Source of the DNA: the human T2T-CHM13v2.0 reference genome, Homo sapiens
DNA: 64,000 nt
Strand: one strand, 5' to 3'
Assembly (NCBI RefSeq): GCF_009914755.1
Contig: NC_060931.1
The translations under genes and the position numbers were made by a program. Within the stretch, counting starts at the first letter, position 1; every line of letters begins with the position of its first letter. This document shows positions 1 through 13,075 of this stretch, one piece after another. The notes below the pieces were generated by a model. It was given only the letters and a program-made list of their open reading frames with translations, made no database searches and was not told where the DNA came from.

Positions 1-239
1 AAATAAAAACAGCAGGAGCCCAGTCCAACTCTAGGAGGATGTGGCTTAAAGTCCAAGCTAGGTTACTGCAAAATTTGGAGATATGAAACATTTCCCTTTG
101 CCTCTTTGTCAGGCCTTCCTTTCCCACACAGCTACATTAGCAGGAAATTCTCCAGCTAAGGCCGGCCTGCCTCCATCTCTTGAGCAGCCTCCTTGTAGGC
201 TTGTTATAGGCTCTCAGTCCCTCGAGTCCAGGATATTGA

Positions 240-585
<346 letters not shown>

Positions 586-3202
586 GTTTTTTTTTTTTCC
601 TTTTTAAAGCACTGAACACATCTTAGCCTGACAATATCATGTCACAGTTGTGTCCCCAAACCCTTTCACTTCACACTTGAAATATTCAACAGGAATATTG
701 GACAAATAAAAGTTACAAAGTAACATAAGCTCTATTCAAAGAAATGACGGAAGAAACAAATGTAATTGGTCATTTCTCAAACATTTTGTGGTGACTCTGT
801 CCTTATGTGATTCGTTTTTGGCACAGATTTCAGGATCTTTAAGGCCACTGTATTTAGATTACATTTTATAATGTCATAACCTTATAATTAACATATTGAA
901 CATGCCCATGTTTTTCTTCTACCCTGCCTAGCAGCTTAGTTTGGACAAGGGAAATGTAGATAAGAAACTATTAATTATCTGCCAGAAAGAAAAAAAAAAG
1001 ACTACTTATCTTTTGGGGTAAAATAGATCTGAGCACACATAAGAATTATAACTATTTTTGCATAAAATAAATAGTCTCCTTTTGGTGTTATCAAGAAGGC
1101 GTGGTGAGTTGTCATTTATCTTGTACTCCCAGCCCGCACTCTTGATCCTACTGTAACCCTTATTATTTGCAAAAGATGAAAGCAAGATCAGAATTTTGTG
1201 GAGCTGGGAATTGAACTGTAGTTTTGTTGCAATAACAGTGAACGTCCTTGAAAGTGTCTCACTCATGAAGACTGTCTGGTTTATTATGATTCTCTGGTAT
1301 TTGGCATTTGGTATCAAGTCCAGCTGGATGAAATTATATCTGGGAAATTATCATCTATCTGATGCCAGTCTTCAAGTGTCACCAAAGCCCCCTTCATCTG
1401 GTAGGCAATTAAAGGAAGCTCTGGAGTCCTCGGGGACTTCTCAGCCCCCACTGAGTACAGTACACTTCAGATAAAGGAACTTTCAAGCTGATCTCATCTG
1501 TAAAGTTCTGGACCTGGAGAGGAAAGGCTGGGAGATGGGCTGTCCTGCCTGAGTCACTCCTTGCGGTCAAGTTAACAGGACAATGGTGAGCTTCTGCTTT
1601 GAGAAAAGGTACATACACTTTCTGTCCTGAGGACCCCTCCCCTTGCTCACCCTAGAGATGGCAAATGTGAAGAGCTGATTTATCTCTGCAGATTTGCAGC
1701 TTCTGGGATTCAGGAGTGGAGCCGCATTTGTATCCCTCTCCAGCCAGAGAAACTGGTGGACTTTCACACTGGCCAGTTGGATATGTGGAAGAAGAAATAA
1801 AGTTCATAACTTTGGGGATGCAAAGGAAACTGTTTTCATGATTCCCCAAAAAGCTAATCACAGGAGAGCTCTGTGAAGTTGGCCAAGGGCATGCTTTGAG
1901 AATGATAGATTTAACGTTTGCTTTCTTTGGCCTGGACGTTTCCCAGAGTCTCCTTATATCTTTTCTTGATACATAATGTGCATTCTAAGGGAGGCAAGGG
2001 AGGACTGTAACTTGGCACAATCTTCCTTACATGTAAATCCCTAAACTGAAACGAAAGACTACGATACGCTGACACAGAGAAGATGATGGGAAGGGAAATA
2101 AAGAGGGGACAATCATCTATAAATTTTAATAAAACTCTGACTTAATTTAGTATAACAGTCTTGTGATTTAATAAAGCACATATTAAATAATGAAAAGGTG
2201 CTTGCTTGAAATGGCTTTCAGTAAATATTGTCAACAATAACTGGCCTTTTCTTTATTGTCATAAATGTCCCTGCCAATAATACTAGATATGTAATCAAAG
2301 AATATCTACAACTCCAGTTACTGCTCTGTTTTTCCACATGTGATTTGGACCCTTTAGTCACAAATATAAGATGAAGTCTATTTACAGACACCTTTCCTTT
2401 GGCAGACACTAATTAAGAATGAGAAAGATAATGAGAAAATTTTGATAAATGAAGAATGAAGGAGAAACAAATGGTTCTCTCCAGGGTATTCCCAGAGCTC
2501 TGGCCTTGAAAGATGGGGCAAAGCAGGAATGTCAGGAATTGCAGGCATGAGAATGGAGGTGGCTGGAGATATTCCATAACCAGACCAGACAGACACTGCA
2601 GAGCACCGTGTGACATAGACTGGGGAGAAACCAGAAGGTCGGGGGAAGGGAAAAGCAAAGTCCAGAGGCCTGGACAGAGTCCAGACCAACATCCTTCCTG
2701 CTGCAGAGCTTTAGGTGGTGGACCCACAGTGGGATGTCTCATGGATGCCTTTCACAACACGGATTTGGCACTCACTCTTTGTCAAGAAAGGGGCCAGGCA
2801 CCAGGGGTATATGCCAGATTTCCCACTGATGGTTGAGCTCCAGGCCCTATAAGCCTACAAAGGCTGGCTCAAGGAGGCCAGCTGTGAACACTCATGGCCC
2901 TGCAGTCTACCCTATGCCAACTCTAATGCTGGCAGGTTTTCACCTCACCTGCATTATTTTCTGCCTTTGCTGTATTTTGAAAGACAAACAGAAGATTATC
3001 TAACAAATACTGAAGTAGTCATTGGGATTACAGGGATCCACATGGTCAAAGGAGGTGAGGGGCGAACAATGAAGCTGTGTGTCCCAGGAGCTGTCAGTGT
3101 GCACATGGCTGGTCTATAGCATGAGAAAGGTAGGAGGAGGGCAGTGGATGTCAGTTTATGAAGGATAAAGGTTGTCAAAGTATTCCAATTAGGGGGCCGT
3201 CA

Positions 3203-3531
<329 letters not shown>

Positions 3532-3566
3532 GAGAAGACCAGGCTGACTACAACCCCAGGGACAGT

Positions 3567-4498
3567 CAGTGGCTTACACAGATCTTCTGGAACCTGATGT
3601 TATACAATTTGAGGAGCCCTTCTTAAGCAAAAAAATTCAAAACCAAGAATATATAATTAGGTATAAAACTGAACAGTTATTTAGAATGAGAAGATAAACC
3701 TCAAAAAAAATAGAACTTTAGAATGATGATAAATACCACAACCATAGGTTAAAACATGAGAATTCCAATAAATCTCTTTTGCAGAATTCTCATCAAGGAG
3801 GAAAGAAAAATGTATGAGGCCTGTATAATTGTATACACAGCATGGCGTGCTATATTCCTGAAAGGAGACAACTTCTGTTTTGACTAGCTGTCATTGAAAA
3901 CAAAGTCCTCTGCTTACGATTTTACATATCTGACTTTGGAAGAATTTTCCAGAGACCAGCTTCCTGCTTTGTATATTTCAAACTTTGCTTCTCCTTGATT
4001 CTGCATAAACGTCTGGTGTCAGATGCTGCAGGACAAATTCATATCACCAGATGACGTTTGACCCTCCACTTCCTGTCACGAGGCTGGGTGCGTCAGTGCA
4101 GGGGGCCGTAGGAGTATTCCTAGAAGCCGTTCCTACACCAGGATGACTAGTAATAACTTAACTGCATTCAGAAACAACTACCAACCACAAAAATATCCCC
4201 TACTGAACCCAAACTAAATATATTCGCAACTCAACTTCCCTTTAGCTGGGGCCCCAAAGTGCTGGTGACGACGCTGACACCCTAACAGTAGGTGCACAGA
4301 GGGGAAGTCGAAACAGAAAGGGGAAGCAGTCTTAACCAATTATGGCTAAATATAGCTCACTTTTAATACATTTTACAAAAATATATGACCATGTGAACAC
4401 ATTGCAAGGTCTTCCCCCAGCTCTTGTAAGGGACCGTGCAAGTGAGGCCCTGAGCTGAAGTTTATTAGTTTATTAGCTAACAGGTAGATCTTTCTCTG
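3567..4498. mobile_element. Zaphod/MER115-like hAT-Tip100 DNA transposon fossil
   Basis: Both termini resemble the recalled MER115/Zaphod ends (…TTATACAATTTGAGGAGCCCT…; …CAAGTGAGGCCCTGAGCTGAAG…CTCTG). Confidence 0.7.
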
Positions 4499-5326
4499 AG
4501 GACTCACAGATCTATCTGGTGGTCTGACTGCAGCTGAGGACCCCAATCTGGAGTAATAGTAAATAGCTGTAGAAGCCAAGGATCAGAGGCGAGGCAATGC
4601 CATTGTAGTGGAAGGGATACATTCGAATGGTAATTAGCAGGTGGAACCAAGATGATTACAGTTTGGAAGAGGACAGAGTTAAAAATGTGGCACCATCTAG
4701 TCTGGCACTTGCCCCTCTTAATTTATCCAAAACATTGAACAACACTTAATAACTTGTGCCAGGCATAGTGCTTGCTGCCAAGCAGAGGGGAGGGTGTGTG
4801 ACCTGGGCTGTGAACTCATACTGGCCGGCTCGCTGTAGCGTCCCCTGCCAGCCTCAGCTCCAGAGGATGTCTGTTTCTCCTCTACTCAGTCAGCAAGGGA
4901 TCTTTCTCTTTGTTCTTACGAATGAGGCCACCCATTAAGATGTGTCTAGATACTTTGGCTCCCAGGTCACACCCAACTATTGCCTCTTTTTGATCCAATA
5001 TATACTTTTTCCGTAAACTGGTCAAAACCCATACTTACACAGAGATGGAAAGAGGAGCATAATTTCAAATTGCAAGGGGAAGCTGGATATAACTCAGTTT
5101 TTAAATCTCGAATGTATATATTTTTGGCCTGATTTCCCACTCTGAACCCCCAAATCAGTAAAATCACAAGGTGAATGCAAACAGGAAAGAGAAAGGAGAA
5201 AACATGTCTGCCAGCCCATAGATATGACCCTGGGGCCCTGGGGGAAAAGAGAAAGCAGGCACTTTCCCATCATTACGGCTGCACCACCGCAGTAATGATG
5301 CCCTGAGAACATGAAAGCCAGCAGTA

Positions 5327-5337
5327 GGGGAAACCCC
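5327..5337. promoter_or_regulatory. NF-kB (p50-type) motif GGGGAAACCCC
   Basis: Symmetric kB-type motif in a repeat-free stretch with locally raised CpG. Motif match only. Confidence 0.35.
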
Positions 5338-5626
5338 ACCAAACATTTGAGATCCGCAGTCTAGGGATTACTCCCCGCCAGGCACTCGATCTTTGCACAA
5401 ATCTTACAGCTAACGTGCTCCTTTCACAGGAAGCCTTTACTGCTTCTCAAATAATCCCGAAAGGAGAGTTGCTGGATGTCCCATAATGAATAAAACTGCT
5501 GATAGGAATGGAAAAAGTTTATGAAGGATTTGTAAACCCAAAATACCATATGTGGAGTCAGAACGTTTTATTTATACCTTTGCCTGATACTTTGCCCGCG
5601 CATACAGGATTATGGAAGAAATATAT

Positions 5627-5686
5627 GGCCGCCTGCTGGCCCAGAATTCTCTCAGGCCATCCCCACCGGCCTGCAGGGAGCGCCGC
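5627..5686. promoter_or_regulatory. Two divergent CTCF-like motifs
   Basis: Minus strand CCAGCAGGCGGCCA (~5627-5643) and plus strand CCTGCAGGGAGCGCC (5670-5684). Confidence 0.4.
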
Positions 5687-6670
5687 TGACCCTGGGCCAA
5701 ACGTCCTGTAGCACAAAATTCCTTTCCAAGTTGAAAGGAAAAGTAATAGAGAGTAGAATTTAAAACAGCAAACATAGGCCCGTATATTTTGTTTCTGTTT
5801 CACTCTACAAATAAAAATAAACCTAAATGGCCTCTTTTGGCATAAGATTATAGGTTAAAAAATAAATCCACAGCATATTATATAATAAGATAAGAATAAT
5901 TAAGACCAATATATTTCCTTTTAAGAAACTTGATGGATAACCTTTAAGATGTTTTGAAGGTTGTGTTCAGGCCACACACATGATAGGCAATATTTTATCT
6001 TTCTTTTTTACAAAGAAAGAAAGCTAATTTTGCTTAAAATAGTAGGAGGTCTATGGGTCTTGCCTTTACCAAAGAAATAAACTTTGTTAATCACACAAAA
6101 TCATCTCTAACTATTTCAAGGAAATTAGAACAAAAGCCAAACAGGGAGGTCTGTATGCACATCCATTTGCAATGTCTGTGGACAGGGAGAAGGAGCTCAG
6201 TGGATCCTTGGTAGAAATAGAATCTTGTTTGCTGACTTTCTGTGATTCCAGAGCTCCTGTGGAACCCAGAGGCTGGGCGGGGTGAGGGGGATATAAAATC
6301 TACAAGGAACACAGAATTCAATTCCAGTCTGGGTTTTACCCCTACTTCTATTCAGTAGTCTATATGGGGCTTTGACCTCAGCAGATTTTCATTCCTTGAG
6401 CCCTCTTTTCCGTGACTGTGGAAATAGAATGAATGGGCTGCATGCAGCCAGCCTCCAGGAACAGGGAAAAGAGGGTCCTTCTCCTTCAGGAGTATCCCCT
6501 CCACTAAGAAGGGTGTAGAAGGAGCAGAAAATGTCCCACACTCCGAAGCTCTGCTACCACGTGGCCCTCCTTTTGGGGAGGAGCATGGTTGGAATGAGAG
6601 CGAGGTAAGAAGGTGAGACTGTCTACCATGAGCCAGCAATGTCACAGCTGTTTATCAGACATGCTGTCTG

Positions 6671-7378
6671 TTTTAATCCTTGTCACCGCCCCATGAGGCG
6701 GGCATTATCGCATCAATGTGAAGTGAACAGAGGCTAGGAGATCTTAAATAACTTACCTAGATCACTTCATGTGAGGGCTAATTCTATGTTAGGTTGGCTA
6801 GGCCACGGTACCCAGATTTGGTCAAACACTAGTCTAGGCGTTTCTGGGAAGGTACTTTTGAGAAGCAAGTAACACTTAAATGAATAGATTTCAAGTAATG
6901 CAGATGTCCCTCCGTAATGTGATTGGCCCTCATCCAATCAGTGGAAAACTTGAATAGAACAAGACACAGAAGCCCCAGAGGAAGAGGGGATTCTGTGGCA
7001 GATCACGTTTGGCCTCCAGCTGCAAGCCCAGCCCTTCCCTGGGTCTCCAGCCTGCTGGGCCTGGCCTGTGGTTTTTGGAATTACCAGCCCTCAATCATGT
7101 GTGAGCCAATTCCTTGAAATAAATCTCAATCTCAGTCTCTCTCAATCAATTGATCTACCTATCTATCTATACATCATCAATAGATAAACAGATCTCTGTA
7201 TATATCCTATTTCTTTTTTTCTATCTTCCATCTATCTATCCATCTATCTCTCTATTATCTGTCTATCTCTACTATTGGTTCTGTTTCTCTGGAGAATTCT
7301 AACACACCATGCCACTACTGGACCCAGGATTCAAGTAAAATTTGGTCTGATTCCGGGGCTCATGTTCTTTTCCTAACA
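6671..7378 (-). mobile_element. MIR split by an MLT2 insertion (6671-6765 and 7311-7378)
   Basis: Reverse MIR core (TTTAATCCT…AACTTACCTAGATCAC) resumes after the LTR (GGATTCAA…TCTGATTCC). Confidence 0.6.
6770..7306 (+). mobile_element. MLT2C/D solo LTR (ERVL) with internal (TCTA)n-like expansion at ~7130-7270
   Basis: TGTGA…GGCTAGGCCACGGTACCCAGATTTGGTCAAACA… and the end CTATTGGTTCTGTTTCTCTGGAGAA…ACA. Confidence 0.88.
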
Positions 7379-7434
7379 CCTGGATGTTACCATGATTGGC
7401 AGAGACTTAACAACACTATGCTTAATCTACTCCC

Positions 7435-8200
7435 TCATTCATTCTGGAAATATTTATAAAGTACCTCTTGTGTCCTTGGTTCTGTACTAAATTCTAGAAA
7501 TCCACCAGAACAGTATAAACATGGCCCCTGCCCTCACAGAGCTCAGGAATGACTGCCAAGAAAACTTGCACTTCCAAGATGCAGTCAGAGTAGCAGCTCC
7601 TGGAGAAGCAGGGAGGAGGGCCAACTCATTGACAGTGGGATAATTAGTAGATATTTAAGTTGAAACCTTGAGAGTGAACTTGAGTTAGTCAAATAAGAAA
7701 GAGGAAGGTGATTCAGGCAGAAGGAATTGTGTGTGTGCAAAGATTCAGAGGTGAGAGAGAGTGAGAAACTGGAGGTAACCCACTAAACCTGAGGCTTTCA
7801 GGGTCCCAGGTTGAGAGGGAGAGACAGGTCTGGGAGTGAGCAGTGCCAGCTCTCCTTCTGTAGCCTGTGAGGGTCTGTTAAGGCTTTAGGGTAAGAAGAA
7901 AACACTGGAAGCATCACAGTCAAAGATGACTATGGCTTTCTCTAAGATCCCAGCCAAATGTGACTGTTGCTGAGGGTGAGGGGAAGGTTGGGAAAGGGGA
8001 GGGAGATGGAGGCCAGGAAACCTGCTAGGTGGCAGTAATTGCAGGTGAGAGTGGGCTTGGCCAGACCAGGTGACTGGCTTATGGGCTTGGGGACTGGGAG
8101 GAATCATAAGGAAGAAGCAATTTGGGGGATAAAGATGGTAAATGCACTTTGCGTTTGTTGAGTTAGGGATCTCTGTATGATGGCAGGGGAGAGCCATCCA
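7435..8200 (-). mobile_element. L2 3' region
   Basis: TCATTCATTC start, CCCTGCCCTCACAGAGCT and ATTCAGGCAGAAGGAA…TGCAAAG, typical of reverse L2. Confidence 0.7.
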
Positions 8201-9011
8201 GACGTCCCTCCTTCATCCCTGTTTATCTCTCTCTTCTCACTTCTCCTTCCTGCTCCAGGAAACTGGAGATAGGCTGGACGACCTAATCTCCTTTGGCCTG
8301 AGAATAATCAGGGCTATGATGACATACCAGGTCCTAAATCTCCACTTGCTAAATGGAAATGAACTCTTGCCCCAAATATTCAGCTTTTGCTTTTGCTGAG
8401 AATTTATTCAGCTGAAGACATATATATTGTGCAAAAATGTTAAAAAACACACAGGATCCCGCTACCTTCTTTTGACCAACAATGGCTCCCTGAGCACAAC
8501 CAGGTCCTTCCCAGTGTGTGGCTGAATATCTGGAATAAAAATCCTATCACCTGCAGCACTAATAGGTCAAATGGCCCCAGCACAGCACTGCAAGCTTCCG
8601 ATGACAAGAAGGAGAATTCCAGAACCCAGCCTCTTCTGGCTTCCTCCTGGATCCTGGCCCCCACAGAGCAGGGAGCGTCATGCCCTGAAACCTGCATTAT
8701 GCTTCCAGAATCCCCAGGCTCAAATTTAACCAGGGCTTTGAGGACCACTGAGTGCATGCAGGCTTGTAAAGGATGACTCAGATTGTGTGAAACCCCGGCA
8801 GGCGCTGTCAGGAGCTAAGTGCTTTTGGCAATGGCTGAGGGGAAGCTGCCGACACAGGGGAAGAATGAGAAGAAGCTACAGCTCCTTGGGAAGATGCACG
8901 ATCGACTTCCCCAGGGACCCTCAAACACAGCAGTGGAGATTTTCTCGGGGATGCTTTCTATGAACCCTTGCACCCTGGGCTGCTTCCAGAGGACACTATT
9001 ACCACTTAAAA

Positions 9012-9037
9012 TGTGTGTGTGTGTGTGTGTGTGTGTG
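9012..9037. repeat. (TG)13 microsatellite
   Basis: Direct count. Confidence 0.97.
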
Positions 9038-12000
9038 GTGTCTGTGTCTGTCTGTGCATACAACATAGAAAGTAGGAAAACAGTAGAGAGAAGAGAATAA
9101 TTATTTCTTCCTCTTTGTCTTCTACATTAAATCTCAGCATTACATTCAGAGAGCTTCCAAGATGGAATTAAAGGCAGGCAGTAAAATCATGTTTTTCTGA
9201 TCACAAAACACTTTAACAGTTCATATTTTGCAGGTGTAGGTCCTAAATTGCTCCTGATTTGTTTGCCTTAGCTTCTGGGTGGGGCCCCCATTTTCCCTGG
9301 CTCCGGCTCCTTGGCAAGGCCTCCTCTCATGCAACGTGTCTCCATGAACAAGTAACTACCCAGGAATGTGTATTGCAGAGCAGGCAGCCCCTTGGCTCTG
9401 GGCCTTCCAGGATGGGGCAGTTTCTGAGAGCAGAGCCCGGAAGGCTCCCACACGGGGCTGCAAGCTAGACTAGCCCCTGCCGGGCCCTGCCGGGAATAAC
9501 CTCTCCAGGGGCACTGAGATTCTCCTGCAGCCCTGGCCAGCTGTCTGTCTCCAGCTTGGAGAACTAGGCAGCTTGTTAATTATCTGATGGCTCCTCTGCT
9601 TGGGTTCACTGACTCTGTAGGCCACCTGTGGTCTCTGAGGTGCTGCCACAGCTCCTATTTCACCCCTCAACCCATCCCTGCCACTAAGCAACCTGGAAAA
9701 TGCTGTCATAACAGCGGGATAGTAGACTCCTTCCCCTGCCCTTCCTGTGGCCAAATCCAGGTCTTTATCAGGGGTTCTTTCACTTCAAGAGACAGAAACG
9801 CTCTCAATCCAGCTCTACCCTAAGAGGGGAATCTTCTCCAGGGTCCTTTCTTCCCCTTATGGATGCTGCAGATCGTAGGACTGATTTTGTTTCCCTGTTC
9901 GTGCTGTGCAGAGCCAAATGTGTGGTCCATCTCCAGCAAATGCACAGGAAATTACATTATGCATTTTATGCAATAGCCTCACTTCTGGATTCATCTTTCA
10001 CTCCTATTTTTATCTTCTCTTTGCCTTATTTCTTCACTTCTTTTAACTTAATTTTATCTTGCTGCTTTGGGTCCTTTGTGCTTCTCTAAAATCTTTTTAG
10101 CAACAAGGCTGGAAATCAGCCACCCAGTTAATCAGTCTAGTCCGCTAGCACCCAGGCTCCCCACCCACCCCAAAGCCTTCTGTAGAGCACTTTGAGATCA
10201 GTCTTCCTGGCCTCATTTCTTTATACTCTCCCTTTCCTAACCCTGCACTGAAGGAAGCAATTTCAGAATATAAATTTTAGACTTGGAGCTGGTTGACCTA
10301 GGTCTGTGACTTTGAGCTTGAACCTCACATTAGGTTCTCACAAACTACATGGAAAGCGCTGTAGACCTGCTCTGTCTCTCACTGTATCTTTTGACAAACT
10401 GCTCACACTTGGATTCCCAGTGTCTTTACCTGTAAAATGGAGCCACAGATACCAAACTCCCAAATGTAATGTGAGCAGAGCCTGCATCTCTCCTGACCAT
10501 GCCCTTCCTCATGTTTTATCCACCTGTGCTTCAAAGTCAGGCTTGGACCCACCCCCACCCTCCTTTGTGAAGCCTTCCTTAACCAAGAGTAAACTACAAT
10601 ATGGGCATAGGGCTTTACAGTTTACAAAGTGCCTCATATACACAACCTCTTGATCTTCATGCGATCCTCTCAATCAGTCCAGAGAGGTGGGCAGACCTGA
10701 CTACTCTTCCCTGACAGTTAAATACCCCACTCTCTTGACAGGTCCTTCTTTTTGTTAAGGTTCTCTATGGATGTGTGTCTTGTCTCTCTGACTATTTTCT
10801 AAACTACTTTGGGGTAAAGGTCACATCATTTATTACCTTCCCTGTGCCACAACATCCGTATCCAGAAATGTATCTACACAAACACAATTTGCCACGTATT
10901 TCATACTCAGAATAGAATAGACGTGCCAAGTTCTCAGCTATCCCCATTTCGAATACTGGGGCTTCTGATGGAAGGGGCGACTCCCCTGAGCATTGATGAA
11001 GGAGGGGAAAATCTATGAGAGGCAGGGAAAGGTTGATTTGATATCAGAGAAGTAGGAAGTCATTAAACATACAAGTACGATGGTTCACTTGCTCTTACAA
11101 GTAGCTAAACCAAGAAAATCCACAGCACTAACTTCTGGAAATGTAACTAATCCTCTCTCCTACTAAACTAAAAAGTAAGGTTTCTCTTCTACTTTTCAGG
11201 TTTTTTTCCCTAAAAAAAAAAAGTGCAAAGCCAACAGAATATATTGTTACTCTCTTTTCATAAATGAAAAACTGATCAAAAAGTGATAAGCCACTCCAAA
11301 TGTCTCATGACCAGACAGGGGCCAAGTGAGCAGTTCCAGCTCTCCTTCCTAAACCTGAAAGTTTAGACTCCAAATGCAAGGAGCTACCTTACGAAAAACT
11401 TCTCCTGCTATGTTCAGTAGTTTACCCTTAGACAGAGACAGAAAATGAAAGTGTTTTTCCAGGTGGAACGCAACTGGGTGATGAGCTCTCTGTTCCACTT
11501 GTGTGCATGGGCCATCATCTGCCCCCTAAGACATGAGGGCTCCCTGTAGACCAGACACACACCACCAACCCAGAATGGGTGGGGTGTTGAGGATCAGAAC
11601 TGCAGAGCATGGCCCTCTCCTGGCTAGAACAGGGCCCTTCATGCCTGGTGCATGTCAGCACACACAATCGGCCTGCAGAAGAAAAAATCCGTCTATCAAT
11701 CAGCTAAGCAGCAACACCTCCTTCCTGTTCTAATCAGTCGTCTAGGGGCTGCCACAAGCAAGAGAGCAAAGCCAGCAAAGAAAGCCACCCCAAGCCCTGT
11801 GTTTCAGTGTCCCCTCCTCTCACAGTCCCCCTCTGCCCTGGCATGGGACCCACTTCATTAGCGCATGGTCCCGCTGAGCCTATTTCAGCTGGGCTTCATA
11901 CCCTTCCACTCCCATCTCCTGATTCCACTGGAGCCAGGCTCCTCTGCACTCAGTCAGTAAACATTGAGTGACTTAAGTATTCATTAGCTAGAACACTTGA

Positions 12001-12230
12001 GGCCCTCAAGGGACTCAGGAATGAGTAGCAGCCTTCTGAAGGTCATGTCCCATCATCTAGGCAGAAAGCACTGAAGTGACTCAGACGGAGGGAACCTCAA
12101 GTACAACAGGGAGGATTGTGGCACTAGATTCAAATGGGGGCGAAATCACCTTAAGACTGTCTTATTTTCTTTGGATTCTCAGATATTAGCAATGGATATG
12201 GCACACAATGGAGATGGAAATTCAAAAAGG

Positions 12231-12448
12231 TGATAGTAATGGCTTACACTTATTGAGCACCCACTGTACACCAAACAATTTATAATGGAGTATCCAATCG
12301 TTATAATAACCTTCTGAGGCCTGTAGCATTATTCTTACTACTTACAGATAAGAAAACCGAGGCAAGATTGTTGAGTAACTTTCCCAAAGCTAGTAGCTGG
12401 TGGAGCTGGGATTTGAATCCAAGAAGGCTGGCATCAAAGCTCCTTTTC
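12231..12448 (-). mobile_element. MIR
   Basis: TTATTGAGCAC…TTACAGATAAGAAAACCGAGGC…GAGCTGGGATTTGAATCC. Confidence 0.85.
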
Positions 12449-12920
12449 TGTGGTAGACACTGATAGTTGTCCCTATAACTATTCTCTCCTTCCTTAGTGA
12501 TGGAACACCCATTTTCCTCCAGAATATTGTCTCTTAGAGTAAAAGACGTTTCTCAGCCTGCTTGATAGCTGGATGTGTCTATATGAATAAGCTCTGCTCT
12601 CTGCCATATGAGTAGCAGAGTGATATGGGAACTTCAGGACACTTCCTTGACAAGGAGGTGGTGTGCCCTTCTTTTTCTCCTCCTTCTTCCTGTTTGGAGC
12701 CTGAATGTGATTGCTGGAGTTCTAGAAACTATTGGGGACTATGAAGTAATGTTGGTAATATCAGACCAGAGAGTTACAAAGAGCCAAGGTCACTGATGAC
12801 ATCCCAGATCTGATGTGTCTACCTTCTCTGCCCGGGGATGGAAATTAACTTTCTTCTTATTTAATTCACTGCTGTCTGGTCTCTCTCATAATCTGACGAA
12901 TAAACTTTCTAACCAGATCT
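12449..12920 (+). mobile_element. MLT1J-like MaLR LTR
   Basis: TGTGGTAGAC start; TGTGATTGCTGGAG and GGTCACTGATGAC motifs; MLT1-like 3' end. Confidence 0.65.
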
Positions 12921-12939
12921 CATGCTTTCCTGATTACTG

Positions 12940-13075
12940 GATTTAATCCTCACAACCATATTGTTAGGTGAGTGGCATCCATTTTATAGATGGGAAAATG
13001 GCAGCGTAGGGAAATTAGGCAACTCAACCGAGGTCACCCAGGGGGAGCAGCAGGAATGGGTACTCATGCCCAGGA
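12940..13075 (-). mobile_element. MIR fragment
   Basis: ATTTAATCCTCACAAC…CCATTTTATAGATGGGAAAA…AGGTCAC. Confidence 0.7.
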
